A DNA stretch of 64,000 nucleotides from Ptychomitrium polyphyllum (Eukaryota). The stretch covers positions 18,104,001 through 18,168,000 of the forward strand of contig OZ316775.1 in the NCBI GenBank assembly GCA_973851085.1. Direction: 5' to 3'. The position numbers and the translations under genes are program-made. The notes beneath the pieces were generated by a model that saw nothing but the letters and a program-made list of their open reading frames with translations, was not told where the DNA came from and made no database searches. Below, piece after piece: positions 36,550-47,896 of this stretch; position 1 is the first letter of the stretch; each line of letters starts with the position of its first letter.

Positions 36550-39292
36550 ATGATAAGGATCACTTTCCATATACTAATCCCTTGCCTGTGTACTCTTCCG
36601 GTGGAGATCTGGTCCCTTACTCCCTCAACCCTCCAAACTTCTGGGGGTTAATCAAAGATTGCACCATGAAAACACATCATGTTGATTACTAGACTGTTAG
36701 TAGATGCTACATGGAAAGTGGCTCTTATTAGACCCCAAGTTTTAGTGCAAAGGTAAATTTCAAAGTATTTTTCTGATTGTGATAAAATAAATAAACTAGA
36801 AATAACCTAAAGGTTGAGTATATGGCATTTTTCAATGATCCTTTGAACACCTTCTCCCAAAAGTATAATTTCATTTTTTAATTCTATTTAACTTTAAAAT
36901 GTGTCAAAGAAGTATATTTGAAACTTGAGGCCATCTATGAGTCCAATTCATCAATATTGATTCCAACTAGTATTGACTTCTTGCCACATAATGCATTTAT
37001 TCTACCTTTTATTTATTTATTGTTTCCAACATCTTGTTTTAAAGTTGAGTTACTCTTGTTGTTAATATAACATTCTTAGCCTTGTATAAAATGGTCATTT
37101 TAAGCATTTTCTTTAAAGCCAAATTGTAAAAATAATTAATACATCATCAATACTTATATATGCTTTATCCACACTTTCTATTTACTACAATAACTTCTTG
37201 AAAATTATTAAAGTAGAATTTCAAAGTGCTGGTTCTTCAAAGAATGCATTAGTCAAGTGAAAGTCTTTAAGATCAAACAATCCAAAAACAATAACATTCC
37301 AAGAATCAATCAATAAACCATCATATACTCAATAAATTTAAATCTTTCTTAGAATTTAGTACCAACAAATCAAATTCTCCTATTTGGTCTATTTTTGGAC
37401 CTTTTCAAGAAAACAACAACCATAGGTTTGTAACCAACATACATAGTAGGCTAGAATGGAGCTATATACTAATTAGGAGGAATACTTAACTTCTCACTTA
37501 AAATTATATAGTAATCTAAATATTGGTAATAAAAATATGAAAAAATGTGCATTCTTCATGAACTCTACATTTTTACCAAGGATGCTTTTATGAAAACCAT
37601 CTCGTACCTCAACTGCATGGAAGGGCTACTTCTTTTGTTCCTGGAATAGGATTTTGATCATGGATTTGTGGTACTGTACTACTCTCTTGTATGCTTTTGT
37701 TGAGGGTTTTCCGATGTCGTGTTCCCTTAAGTTTAGAAGAGTTTTTCATATGGGACGTGGACTGGAGTGTTTGAGTCCAAGAGTGATAGATTGTTCGACG
37801 TTGAGGATTTTATTGGTGTTCTGGTGAAGTTTGCTTGGATTATGGTTTGCATGGCGCATGAGAAGGATATCCCCTACTATATACTACAATGATACACATG
37901 AGGTGAACCAGATTTACAATCTTCATTGGAGTGTATAAACTCTCGGATGGGTTCGGAGCGAATGACACGCGCTCATGGTGGTCAGAGAGTAGTGTCTGTC
38001 AAGATCTTTTAGTGGATAGAGTCACCATGGTGCGCTAGTCGTACTCATCACGGTGGTGGATTCTGTACATATGTATTCTACCTGTGCATTTTTTTTTCAT
38101 CTCATTGCTTTGCTGCTGAGCGGACTATACTAGTTGAGTCCTGACATGCACAAGATGAAAGTTTGCAGGAAACGGTTCTGGACTCGACGTTCGGCAGAGT
38201 GTACCTTTTGTGTATCAGAGGTAGTATTCTGCACTGACCAAAGTGCATGTCAAAGACTATGTTCTGGTGTACAGTAGTTAGTGTGCTGTCGTCTATCTGA
38301 ACAGAAGGGAGACGAAGACCAGCGTTCTGGTAGTAGACCCTTCTCACACACTTATCCAGAAGCGCGGTCACGGGGAGATCATTTATTATTTTGGTTCTCT
38401 CCAAAATACTTGGCTTCTTGAATCGTGGATGCCGTTTCTCCAGAAAAGTGTAAATTTGACAGTCAATACCTGCAACTACTCAACGTGGAGATGATGAGTT
38501 CTCTAAATAATAAATATTCTGAAGCTGAAGTTTGATCGAGTAACGGTGGTGAATCTGAACTGCAATATTTCGAAGTCAGCCGCAAACGAGGAGCAACTTA
38601 TACGGGTCATTTCATGAATCAAGACCGCTCATGATTCCTGAAATTCAGAGAGGGCGATAAAATATCACTAAAGCCGAAGAGACGCTCCAGGAGCATGGAT
38701 CTACGTCCACAGAATTCCTAAATAGGTGGGACCGTAAGTTTTTTGACCCAGTCGCCCCTCGTTACTGTACCAGCAGGTCAGGCCTGAGGGAAACCCCTAC
38801 CATCGGCCAGTCCAGTTGCTCTGATGCTAGGGTCTAGAATTGCAGACCTTCCTGATTAAAAGATGGTTAGCCGGCGTGAACAACGGAGGTTTTCTGTGTT
38901 TCTCCAACTTTCAAATCTCGGTGGCGGGCAAACTTAGGGCTCACTGTGCACGAGAAACCCACGATGTGTTCCGAAGAACCTAGATAGTTGCAATGGCCGG
39001 ATCAATAGGTTTTACATTGCAAATGCAGAACATTGAGGAATCCAATGCACTAAGAAGAGTATGCACTTCGGTCGGATATAACGAAGTGAGGACTGAGCCT
39101 GGAAACTAAAAACTTACACACCAAGCACTTCAAAGACAGACGTGCACAACAGATGCGCAGGAAATAAGAGACACCATGGTACATGAGGTATTGTACAGGG
39201 ATCAAAATTGACGTAAATTGGAATATATGATACACTTGGTGAATGTTGAGGGCTTCACCTTCGGACACTCAGGGTGAAAGCGGCGAGGCGGC

Positions 39293-40636
39293 TCATCGAG
39301 CAGTAAGTGTGTTCGTCATGAGGTCCTTGGATGCCGACATGCTATCCTCCCATTGCTTCGACGCCATGTATATCTGTTCAAGACTAAGTGCCACATTCCG
39401 CATGAGTGGCCTGTCTTCGGGGTTTGTCTCGACACATTTCTTGGCCACAAGCGCAGCTTTGCATGCACAATCTAAAGGGAAGGCATCTCTCAGCAGCGGG
39501 TCTATCCAAGACCGAACTCTAGCTCTAGGTTCGGGGTCCGAAAAGATCGCAGCTACGACATCGGGTAACACGGTTTTCTTCATCTCGACCTCGCCAGGGT
39601 TTTGCTGCAACTTCACAGCTTCCTGCCCAGACAGAATCTCCAGAAAGACAACGCCGAAAGCGTAGACGTCCAGCTTCGGGGTGACCACACCAGTGAGAGA
39701 GTACTCCGGAGCCATGTAGCCATGCGTCCCTGTAATCTTGATGCTGCGAGACCGTCCAAGCGATCGTCCTAGAGACCGCCCAAGGTGAGGCCCCTTATGC
39801 TGTTGTTGATGTCTTGAGCTAGAGTTTGCCAGGTTCGCGTCCAGAGTCTTCGTCTCTTTCCCACTTGCGGAACAGAGCAAAGCAGCTCCAGCATCAGATA
39901 TCGCTGTTTCTCCTCGTATCCTTGCCGCTCCAACATTGGCAATTCTCGCGTGGAGTTCGTTGTCCAAAATGATACTGGAGCTTTTGATGTATTTATGTAC
40001 AAAAGGGGGAGAAGCATGTTCGTGAAGATACTCAAGCCCCTTGGCTATGTCAAGCGCAACTCGAAGCCTGATGGACCATGATTTCAGGGTTGTGAAACCT
40101 GGGACGATCATGCTGCGCAAGCACTGACGCAAATTCGCACCGGCAATGTACTCATACACAAGATACAACTGATCGCCGCTCATGCAACCGCCGATGAGCC
40201 TCGCAAGGCTGGAATGATGTAAGTTACAGATACTCTTAACCTCGGTAACAAAATCCACATCAATGCTTATCCGCTTCTCCACAACCACAGTAACACTCCT
40301 CCCAGCGATCTTTCCCAGAAATGTACCTCCACCAAGTTTCCTAACCGGGCTGAAATTATCTGTTGCCTTCAGCAGATCCCTGTAAGTGAAAATTTGCGCC
40401 CCATCTGACAGCATGCCTTTCAAACTCGCCAGGGAGATGGCACTGCCTGTGGACGTCTGAGAACCCCTAGACTCGCACTTCGATAAAGATTCACTGTTGG
40501 TATAGCTCGTACTCAAATCCAAGCTGCTGTCCTCCGGTGCCTTCCTGAACAGCCTCGGTCTCATGTTCGGCGTTCCAGCTTGCGACGGTGCCCGCAACTG
40601 AGCCTGCTTTGGCCACTTGAGCCTAAACAGACACAT
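39293..40636 (-). CDS. Intronless receptor-like cytoplasmic (pseudo)kinase related to LysM-RLK kinase domains, no ectodomain, ~447 aa
   Basis: Motifs IFTYRDLLKATDNF, LHHSSLARLIGGC, LYLVYEY, DIAKGLEYLHEH, GTHGYMAPEY and DVYAFGVVFLEILSG. The first ATG is at 40636. Confidence 0.9.
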   Translation of the reverse strand: MCLFRLKWPKQAQLRAPSQAGTPNMRPRLFRKAPEDSSLDLSTSYTNSESLSKCESRGSQTSTGSAISLASLKGMLSDGAQIFTYRDLLKATDNFSPVRKLGGGTFLGKIAGRSVTVVVEKRISIDVDFVTEVKSICNLHHSSLARLIGGCMSGDQLYLVYEYIAGANLRQCLRSMIVPGFTTLKSWSIRLRVALDIAKGLEYLHEHASPPFVHKYIKSSSIILDNELHARIANVGAARIRGETAISDAGAALLCSASGKETKTLDANLANSSSRHQQQHKGPHLGRSLGRSLGRSRSIKITGTHGYMAPEYSLTGVVTPKLDVYAFGVVFLEILSGQEAVKLQQNPGEVEMKKTVLPDVVAAIFSDPEPRARVRSWIDPLLRDAFPLDCACKAALVAKKCVETNPEDRPLMRNVALSLEQIYMASKQWEDSMSASKDLMTNTLTAR

Positions 40637-43600
40637 AATGAGGTTGCGAGTCACTGGCTTTGAGACTCAAGGTCGAGCTCTTCTTCGAAACGGCAGAATA
40701 CGATGTTGGGGTTCATAGTGAGAGGGAATGCTTGGAACAAAACCGTTGGAATCACAAAGTTGACCGAGAGGTCACCTGTCCCATTTCCTCGCGCTAACGT
40801 CGACATAAACTACTACTTCCTTTCGCGCCCCACCAATTGACAGCGCTTCCGCGGCAACCCTAACTTCCATTCTAATGCAAATACAATCTCGAAGTTTCTC
40901 CAGAGAACCCTCTTTTTCTACAGACCCTCCGCACAATGATTTCTTCCATCAACCCATGCAAACTCAGAATGAGTTTACCTCCGTATTCGGTGAGCTCGAA
41001 GATTCATCCTCACATTCTCCACATGCAGTCCGTGACCAAAACCAAAGATCTTTTCACGTCGAGGTGAAGTCTGAGCGAAGGTCGAGCATGGCTGCAATCT
41101 CGAAATAACAATGAAAGCGCTTGTAGTCCATCAGACTCTATCATAGGAAATCCCTTTTATCGCCTACATACGAGCAAGCGTAATACACGTGAAGGGCAAG
41201 GGTTAGAAATCTCTACCAACTCAAGAATTTCTTGAACTAAGTCCAACTCGCAGTCACTGGGGAGGATAATCTTCATCAAAAAAGTGCTCACACGCTCCTC
41301 TCTCACTCAAATTCACTCTCACAAATCAAACACCTTGTGAATCTCAATGAAAATAGTTCACATAATATGATTAAATAATCTGTCACGAACCACACTCGGA
41401 ACCAACATAGAGGAAGGAAAATATATCATTTCAAACGATACAAACACAACTTTCAATAAAAATGAACAATCTATGGCACCAGAAGAAGCTGATCTCACCA
41501 ATTAGAACCACCGCATTAGAAGCCACAGGAACAAAATTCTCAGAGCACACTAGAGCAGCCGCCGTAAAACTCTACCCACAGTTCTAGATCGTGAACCCAG
41601 TTCTAGATCCAGCACGACAGCGAAACTCTTAAACGACTAGATTACCCTGCAGTAGATGGTGTGCACAGAAGACCAAAGCCCGAGATGAAGAGATCGTGAT
41701 GGTGTGCATACAGAAGACTAGCCTGCATAGCGTCTGGCGACCTCCAACAACCAAGGTGGCTTAAGCCACCCAGCACACAGATCTGAACACACTCAGCGGC
41801 TCCCACTGCGTGACAGTCACAGCAAGAAACAGCGCCAGCCACTAAGCCGGAAGGTGCAGAAGATGGACCAGAAGGAGCTGCTGAGGAAAAAGGAGAATTT
41901 CTTGTCCCTTTAGGAAGGCTAAAAGTGGCAGTTTTGGTGCTATAGCAGCTGCAGTGCCATAAATGTAGCGCCTAGCAGCATGCACCCTGGGATGAAGTCG
42001 ATGCTATCAGGCATGGAGGACCTTGGTGGTGGATCGGACGCACTGACAGTAGCAGTCTGCAGGAGGGAGGGAGAGAGAGAGAGCGCGAGTTGAGTGAGTT
42101 TGCAGTGAGAGACTGAGTTAGTGTCTAGGATGAACACGCAGAGCCTGGCATTCTAAGCAAAACCATATTATCTACAAAGAGCATAGATTTTGGCCACCTA
42201 ATTTACACCTCTACAGAACCCTACAGTATACAATTTTATGGCGTGAGCACCTGGACTGTGCTTCCAGAGCAAGCAGTTTCAACATAGCCCGCTTGAATGT
42301 AAGCGGCTCAAGTTGGATTTTAAAAAGGAAATTATATTTGAAGTTCTACCTCCCTAGGTCCTGGAGTTCTCGTGTCAGGTGCGGTGAGGTGGGCAGCAAT
42401 AGCGGGCTGGAGAATCATAGCAATACTTATCTTATGCTAATTTATTTGTAATATTTTTGTGAGAAGCCCTGTTTTTGTAACACATGCTCCAAGCAAATAA
42501 AAAAATACGCAAGAAAAAACAAAGGAAAAAAATAGAGGAAAAATACATTGACCATACACACTAATTTGAGTGCCTTAACTTAATCAAGAAGTTAGTAAGT
42601 GCATAACCTTCTTCAGCCGGATGACCCATTCTATATTATTAACTGCTGTTGGTTATGTGAGCGGATTGCACAGTTTCTAGTGGTGCCCTGATAACTGGTT
42701 GCACATAAAGGTAGATTTCTATAATAGGGCAATGTAACCATATTCAAGGTATTCTCAAAATCTACATCCTGTACTGCTGGAGTTGTGTTCTTATTTTGTC
42801 AGATCATTGTTGCCCATGCTGTAGTGTAATCTGTCATTGGAACTTGCAACAGGTTGTCTGACTGTACAAACACTGGTAATTTTACATCTTTTTACAATTT
42901 TACATCTTTTTAGAATTTTTCATCTATTGGGTAGGTACGCATCATGGCATAACATTGTTTTGCATAGTTTACACAGGCCCTGTATAAATAACATTCTTTT
43001 CACAGTCGAGGTGAGTCACTTGCAAGGTAAGAACATTTATAATTGTTATTTTAAGATAATTGTACATATATGGCGTTAATAAAACCCAGTTTTCTACTTT
43101 TAGTCATATTCATAAGAGAAAGGAATTTCAACATAATTTAAAACGAATTATTTGGATACAATATGAAAAAATTATGAATGATCATATTTGGAAATCTTGA
43201 TATAGGGTTAAGTACTTCCAATAACTTTCAATCAAATACTTGCAATAATTTTCAAATATCCTTTTCATTTCACCAACTTCTTGTAAATGTCAATATTTTG
43301 TTTCTTTTTATTCTCCTTTGTAGCCTGTCTTGTTTAACTTATCTTGTTTAACATATGGCTAACAATCTTGCATGTTGATTTTGTATGAGTCTAAATTGTA
43401 GACCTTGCATTTTGTCCATATTGTAGAACATTAAAAAATCTTTGGCCATCTTTAGGTTAAATTTGTATACGACTTTTAAAATTTGAACAAGGAATTGGAA
43501 GCATATTCATCATAAATACCAAAATATAAAATTATTTTTTCTATTTGCATGGAATTAATACTTGAAAATACCACCATTAGAAGTACATTAAAAAATTACA

Positions 43601-46600
43601 AAAAAGTTTAGATGACAAAAATTACATTTGTTGCAAAGCTTGATGTTGTATAGAGTGAAGTGTGTCATCAAATCTCTAGAATTGAGAGGATCTCATTTGA
43701 CAAATGTGAATGATTGCTTGTAATTGAAACTTGTGCGAGATGATGTCAACACATGTGAATTCTTATCTAGAAGCAAAGCTAGTATTACATCAGGCACGGA
43801 AGAGGCATTAATGGTAATTAGCAAATTATTTAATTATGAATTTACAGATTTTTGTCATTAACAAAATCCTGTGTGTATTTATAGTCTTATAAAATAAAAA
43901 GAGAAAAATACATGGAATACAATCAAACTTGTCACCATGCTGTAGATATCAAAGTTGTAAAAGACATCCATTTTGCCAACCTTCCTTATAAAGCACTGGA
44001 CACTATTTGGGACAATTGAAGTGATTCAACATATACAAGAGAGTAATTTAATGTTACAAATATTACACAAATATCACAAAAATTACAATTTACAAAATAA
44101 GGGATTGATATTCTTTATTTCATCATTATACAATAAGAGTTGATAATGCTTGCAACACAATGATGAGGTTTTTTTATTATTAAAGAATGTCATGCAAGGC
44201 TGTGAGAATAATAACATTAAAGCTCCAATAATGTAAATGAAGTATGAAGGTTTGATTGTCTTTTTATTTTTTGGCACAATTTTATGCAATGTTGTTCTTA
44301 TGACACCTTAGTACCAACGCCAACTTAATAGATTATAGATATTTTTGTCAGCACTATATATATAATGATAGGAAAAAACATTTCAAAATGAAAGTAGACT
44401 TTTTGACAATTTATTTCAAGTATTGAAATAACTACAATTTTCAAAGTGACAATTATTGTATGATATATAGAAGTGAGTTATAACTTGATTTATAAGTGTG
44501 ATATGTGTGATAAGTGTGATGTATGCAACGAGTTTCCATTTATGAAAATACTCTAATTCACCACCAATTTCTTGACAAACCAATGATTGATTTGCTATGA
44601 ATATCATGCATTCGAAATCATATTTTAAGTCTTGCAATGTACGTCTTAAGAAAATCTATAACACACTTATGAAGGAGCTGGTGCATTAAGGACAACACTC
44701 TGTACCTGTTCTGAAAGGACAAACGTATAACTCACATACCACAAGCACTGTTGCATACATTAAAAAAACATAGCCAGTCTTCAACAGACACACACACAAA
44801 TCCTGAAAGTCTGCAAGACCAGATATCATGTCGGTGGCGTTTAATGTCTGCTGTCGTCCTGATAGATTATAAAACTGCTGTTGTAGATACAAACAGAAGC
44901 AAAGTATTCTTTGTTTTCTTTAAAAATTATTTTGAGAAAAAAAAGAAGCACCGATTACCCAAATCAAGATATGGGTAGATACAAGAGCCTTCACAATTTA
45001 CAGAACCTTGTACAGCTTTTGCAAAATGGTTTCTTTTTTTACTGAAAGGAGTATAGACTTGATATGTTCCATTGAATCACACTTACTGTGACACAAACTG
45101 CATATAAGAATGCACAAGAACAGGAAAGAAGAAAACTATTCTGAGAAGTCTTGCACTAAAAGCTTGCAGAACACCACAGAATCACTTCCAGGAACACCAC
45201 ACAATACTTTAATGTATTTTCTAGTGTTGTTGAGCTCTAGTGTTTTCTGAAATAATGTCCACTTTAAAATCACAAAAACATCTTGTTTTAGTTGTCAAGT
45301 TGTTGTGGTATCCATATTTAATAAAAACATTGTGATTTTAATACAAGGTTGTGCCATAAGTTGATATGAGAATGTCCTTGTGCTAATACTTTTACAAGGA
45401 CATTGATTTGTAACACTGAAAACAAACCAAAAGCAAACACCAACATTTGATGAATGGTGAAAAAATGAGCACCAACACCCTTGATAAATAACCAATAATG
45501 TTGAATACAAAATTGGAAATAAAAAGATGAAATAGGCTCATGCAGAAGAGCACATTCTTGTTCACGTAAAACTGGATATATAAGCTTCAGAAATGTGGTC
45601 CCTTGTAACAGAAAAAGCAAAACGAACATCTTCCACCCAGTACCAAAAACTTAATAAAATCCAATTCGAACACTCCATCAACAAGCAAAAATACATTGTC
45701 AAGAATAAGAAGAACAACATCAAATTATTGGGAACAAGTGCAAGAAGACGTTCATTTTACCAATTTTTTCTTTCTCAACATCACAAACTTCATCCTTTGT
45801 TTTCATTCTGTGATCTCGTCTACATACACTTAGTGCTGCATCTTCAACAATCACATACTCTAGACTCAACTAAACAATACTCTAATTTAAAGCCTCTTTC
45901 AAAAATCCAAAAATGACAATTGATCTTGACTTTTAGAAATGAGAAGATGCAGTTTCTTCCATAGAAAGAGAAAAAACACCAGTAGAGAAATTCTACAACC
46001 TCAAGGACGCAACCCAGGCAGTGTCAGCATGCTGTCGGCTATTGCAGAAAGCAAAGCATTAGACTGTAAAAGGTGAACCACTGTAAAAGGCAGGTGAGAT
46101 AGAACATTGTTGAAACTTTGAAATCCTAACTATAACATCCCAAACTATTCTTCAGTGTAAAACCGGATACATAAGCTTCAGGTATATCAGTCGACCAATT
46201 TGCACACCAGACCCTCCCTGGGCGACATGCCCAAGTAAAGTACCACCAGCGCCAGCCCCACAGAAGTACAATATTTAGTAATAAGGAATGAAAACAAAGG
46301 GTTGAATATGATATCAGCAATTTTGAAGCAATGAGATTAATGAGTTATCACATGTTCTTATGCCATTTTCAAGCCTACCACACGGTACGATTGAGAAGGT
46401 AGATAGTGGGTAGGTACTTCATCTTCCAGCTAATAAAGCAGTCGGTAATTGATTGTGCACGTGAATCCAGTTAAAGTTTACTTATTATCGAAAATATCTT
46501 AGTGCTGCCAGAGAAGGTGGGTAGGACCCACATACAAAACTAGAAGCCAGGGTGACAGCAACTATAAACGAAGAAGGACTAGCGACAGATATGTGAAGAC

Positions 46601-47896
46601 AAAGCCAGCCTTATAGAACGCGTGGAGAATTCCTAAATTGAACTGGTCCTTAGTCCAATATCCTCACGTCCAAAACAGTGCTTCGGGAGGCTCTTTGAGA
46701 AGGATTCGTTATGATGCTATATCAGCACAAGCATCTTGGAAACCAAGCAGCAGCTAGTCCTTGTTGGTTCCATGTCTACAATTAGAGTCCCGACGTTTGA
46801 AAGGCACCACAGCATATTCTAGTCCATTTAGAGATACAGGAAACCCAGCCGAGGGTAACGGCTAAATGATGAAGTAGGGGACCATTGGTGCTGGATTGGT
46901 TATTCTGACTCGACTGAAGCACGAGATACTTCAACTTGGAAGTTGTCACTGCCATTTTGGGTCGACCATTCAAAAAATCAAGTTAACTTTGATGATCAGT
47001 TGTAGCAGTGCTGATCATTCGTATGCCATTGCTTGTTCTACTGGTGGCTTCGAAATTGTGTCAAAGACCTCCCCAATGCCGTGTTTTTAGCCTAGTGTTT
47101 GATTAGGCGATGCTTAGCGCTTGAATTTTTATGAATGGAATGTAGAGGCACAAGGTTGATACCTTTATGATGAAGTGCTCAACGTGAAGCAATACTTAGT
47201 CCCTAAAACCCTAAGCCTAAATTATAAACCCTAAAACAGGAGGGCTCACAAGTGTTCTGAAGAAGGAAACCACACAGGCGGATGTGAAGAATTTAACGAA
47301 CATTCTAACACGAAAACAAGGCTGCAACGTTATGAATTCAGCACCCATATACTTTCAACCCGCTACTCAGAGGGTGGCTTAGAGCATTTCCAGCCGGAGG
47401 ATCGTGCTAGGATCCTCACAAAGAAAGGTCGGCGCTGCACGGATAGCTAAGAATAAAGAATACTTGGATGTTTTTAAAGAAATATTGGCATTTTGGAATC
47501 CTAAAGGAACATGGAAATGCACAAGCATCTGAGAACTTCAAATGAAAGAGTGGACACATAAGTGCAATGACTAAATTTTCACATTGCACCAATGGGTGCA
47601 TCCAGTTTTTTAAAATTTTAATGTTTGATGGGCACCCATATACCTCCAGGAACATGCACCTCAGCTAAGATGTTGTTGAATATTTCCATCGGAGACGACT
47701 CTCGATATTTAAAACTATATCTTGTACAATATGATGAACAAAATCTTCAAACTTTGCACAGTTTCCTGGGATCTCATCCGTTCCAAATATATATAACTCT
47801 CAACCTATAACACTTTCTGCCAAGTCCTGCTGGTCTGGATCAAAGGAGGATAATGTATTGCCTCACCAAAATCAGGGTGGTTAATATTGTGGCCAT

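Noticed and set aside
36750..37950. AT-rich and then coding-looking fragments between the TPM and kinase genes
   Set aside because: Frames are short and interrupted, and no family could be recognised.
42400..47800. Many 60-107-aa ORFs in a 5-kb region
   Set aside because: Low-complexity or AT-rich translations without domains or a consistent exon chain. Probably intergenic, UTR or decayed TE sequence.
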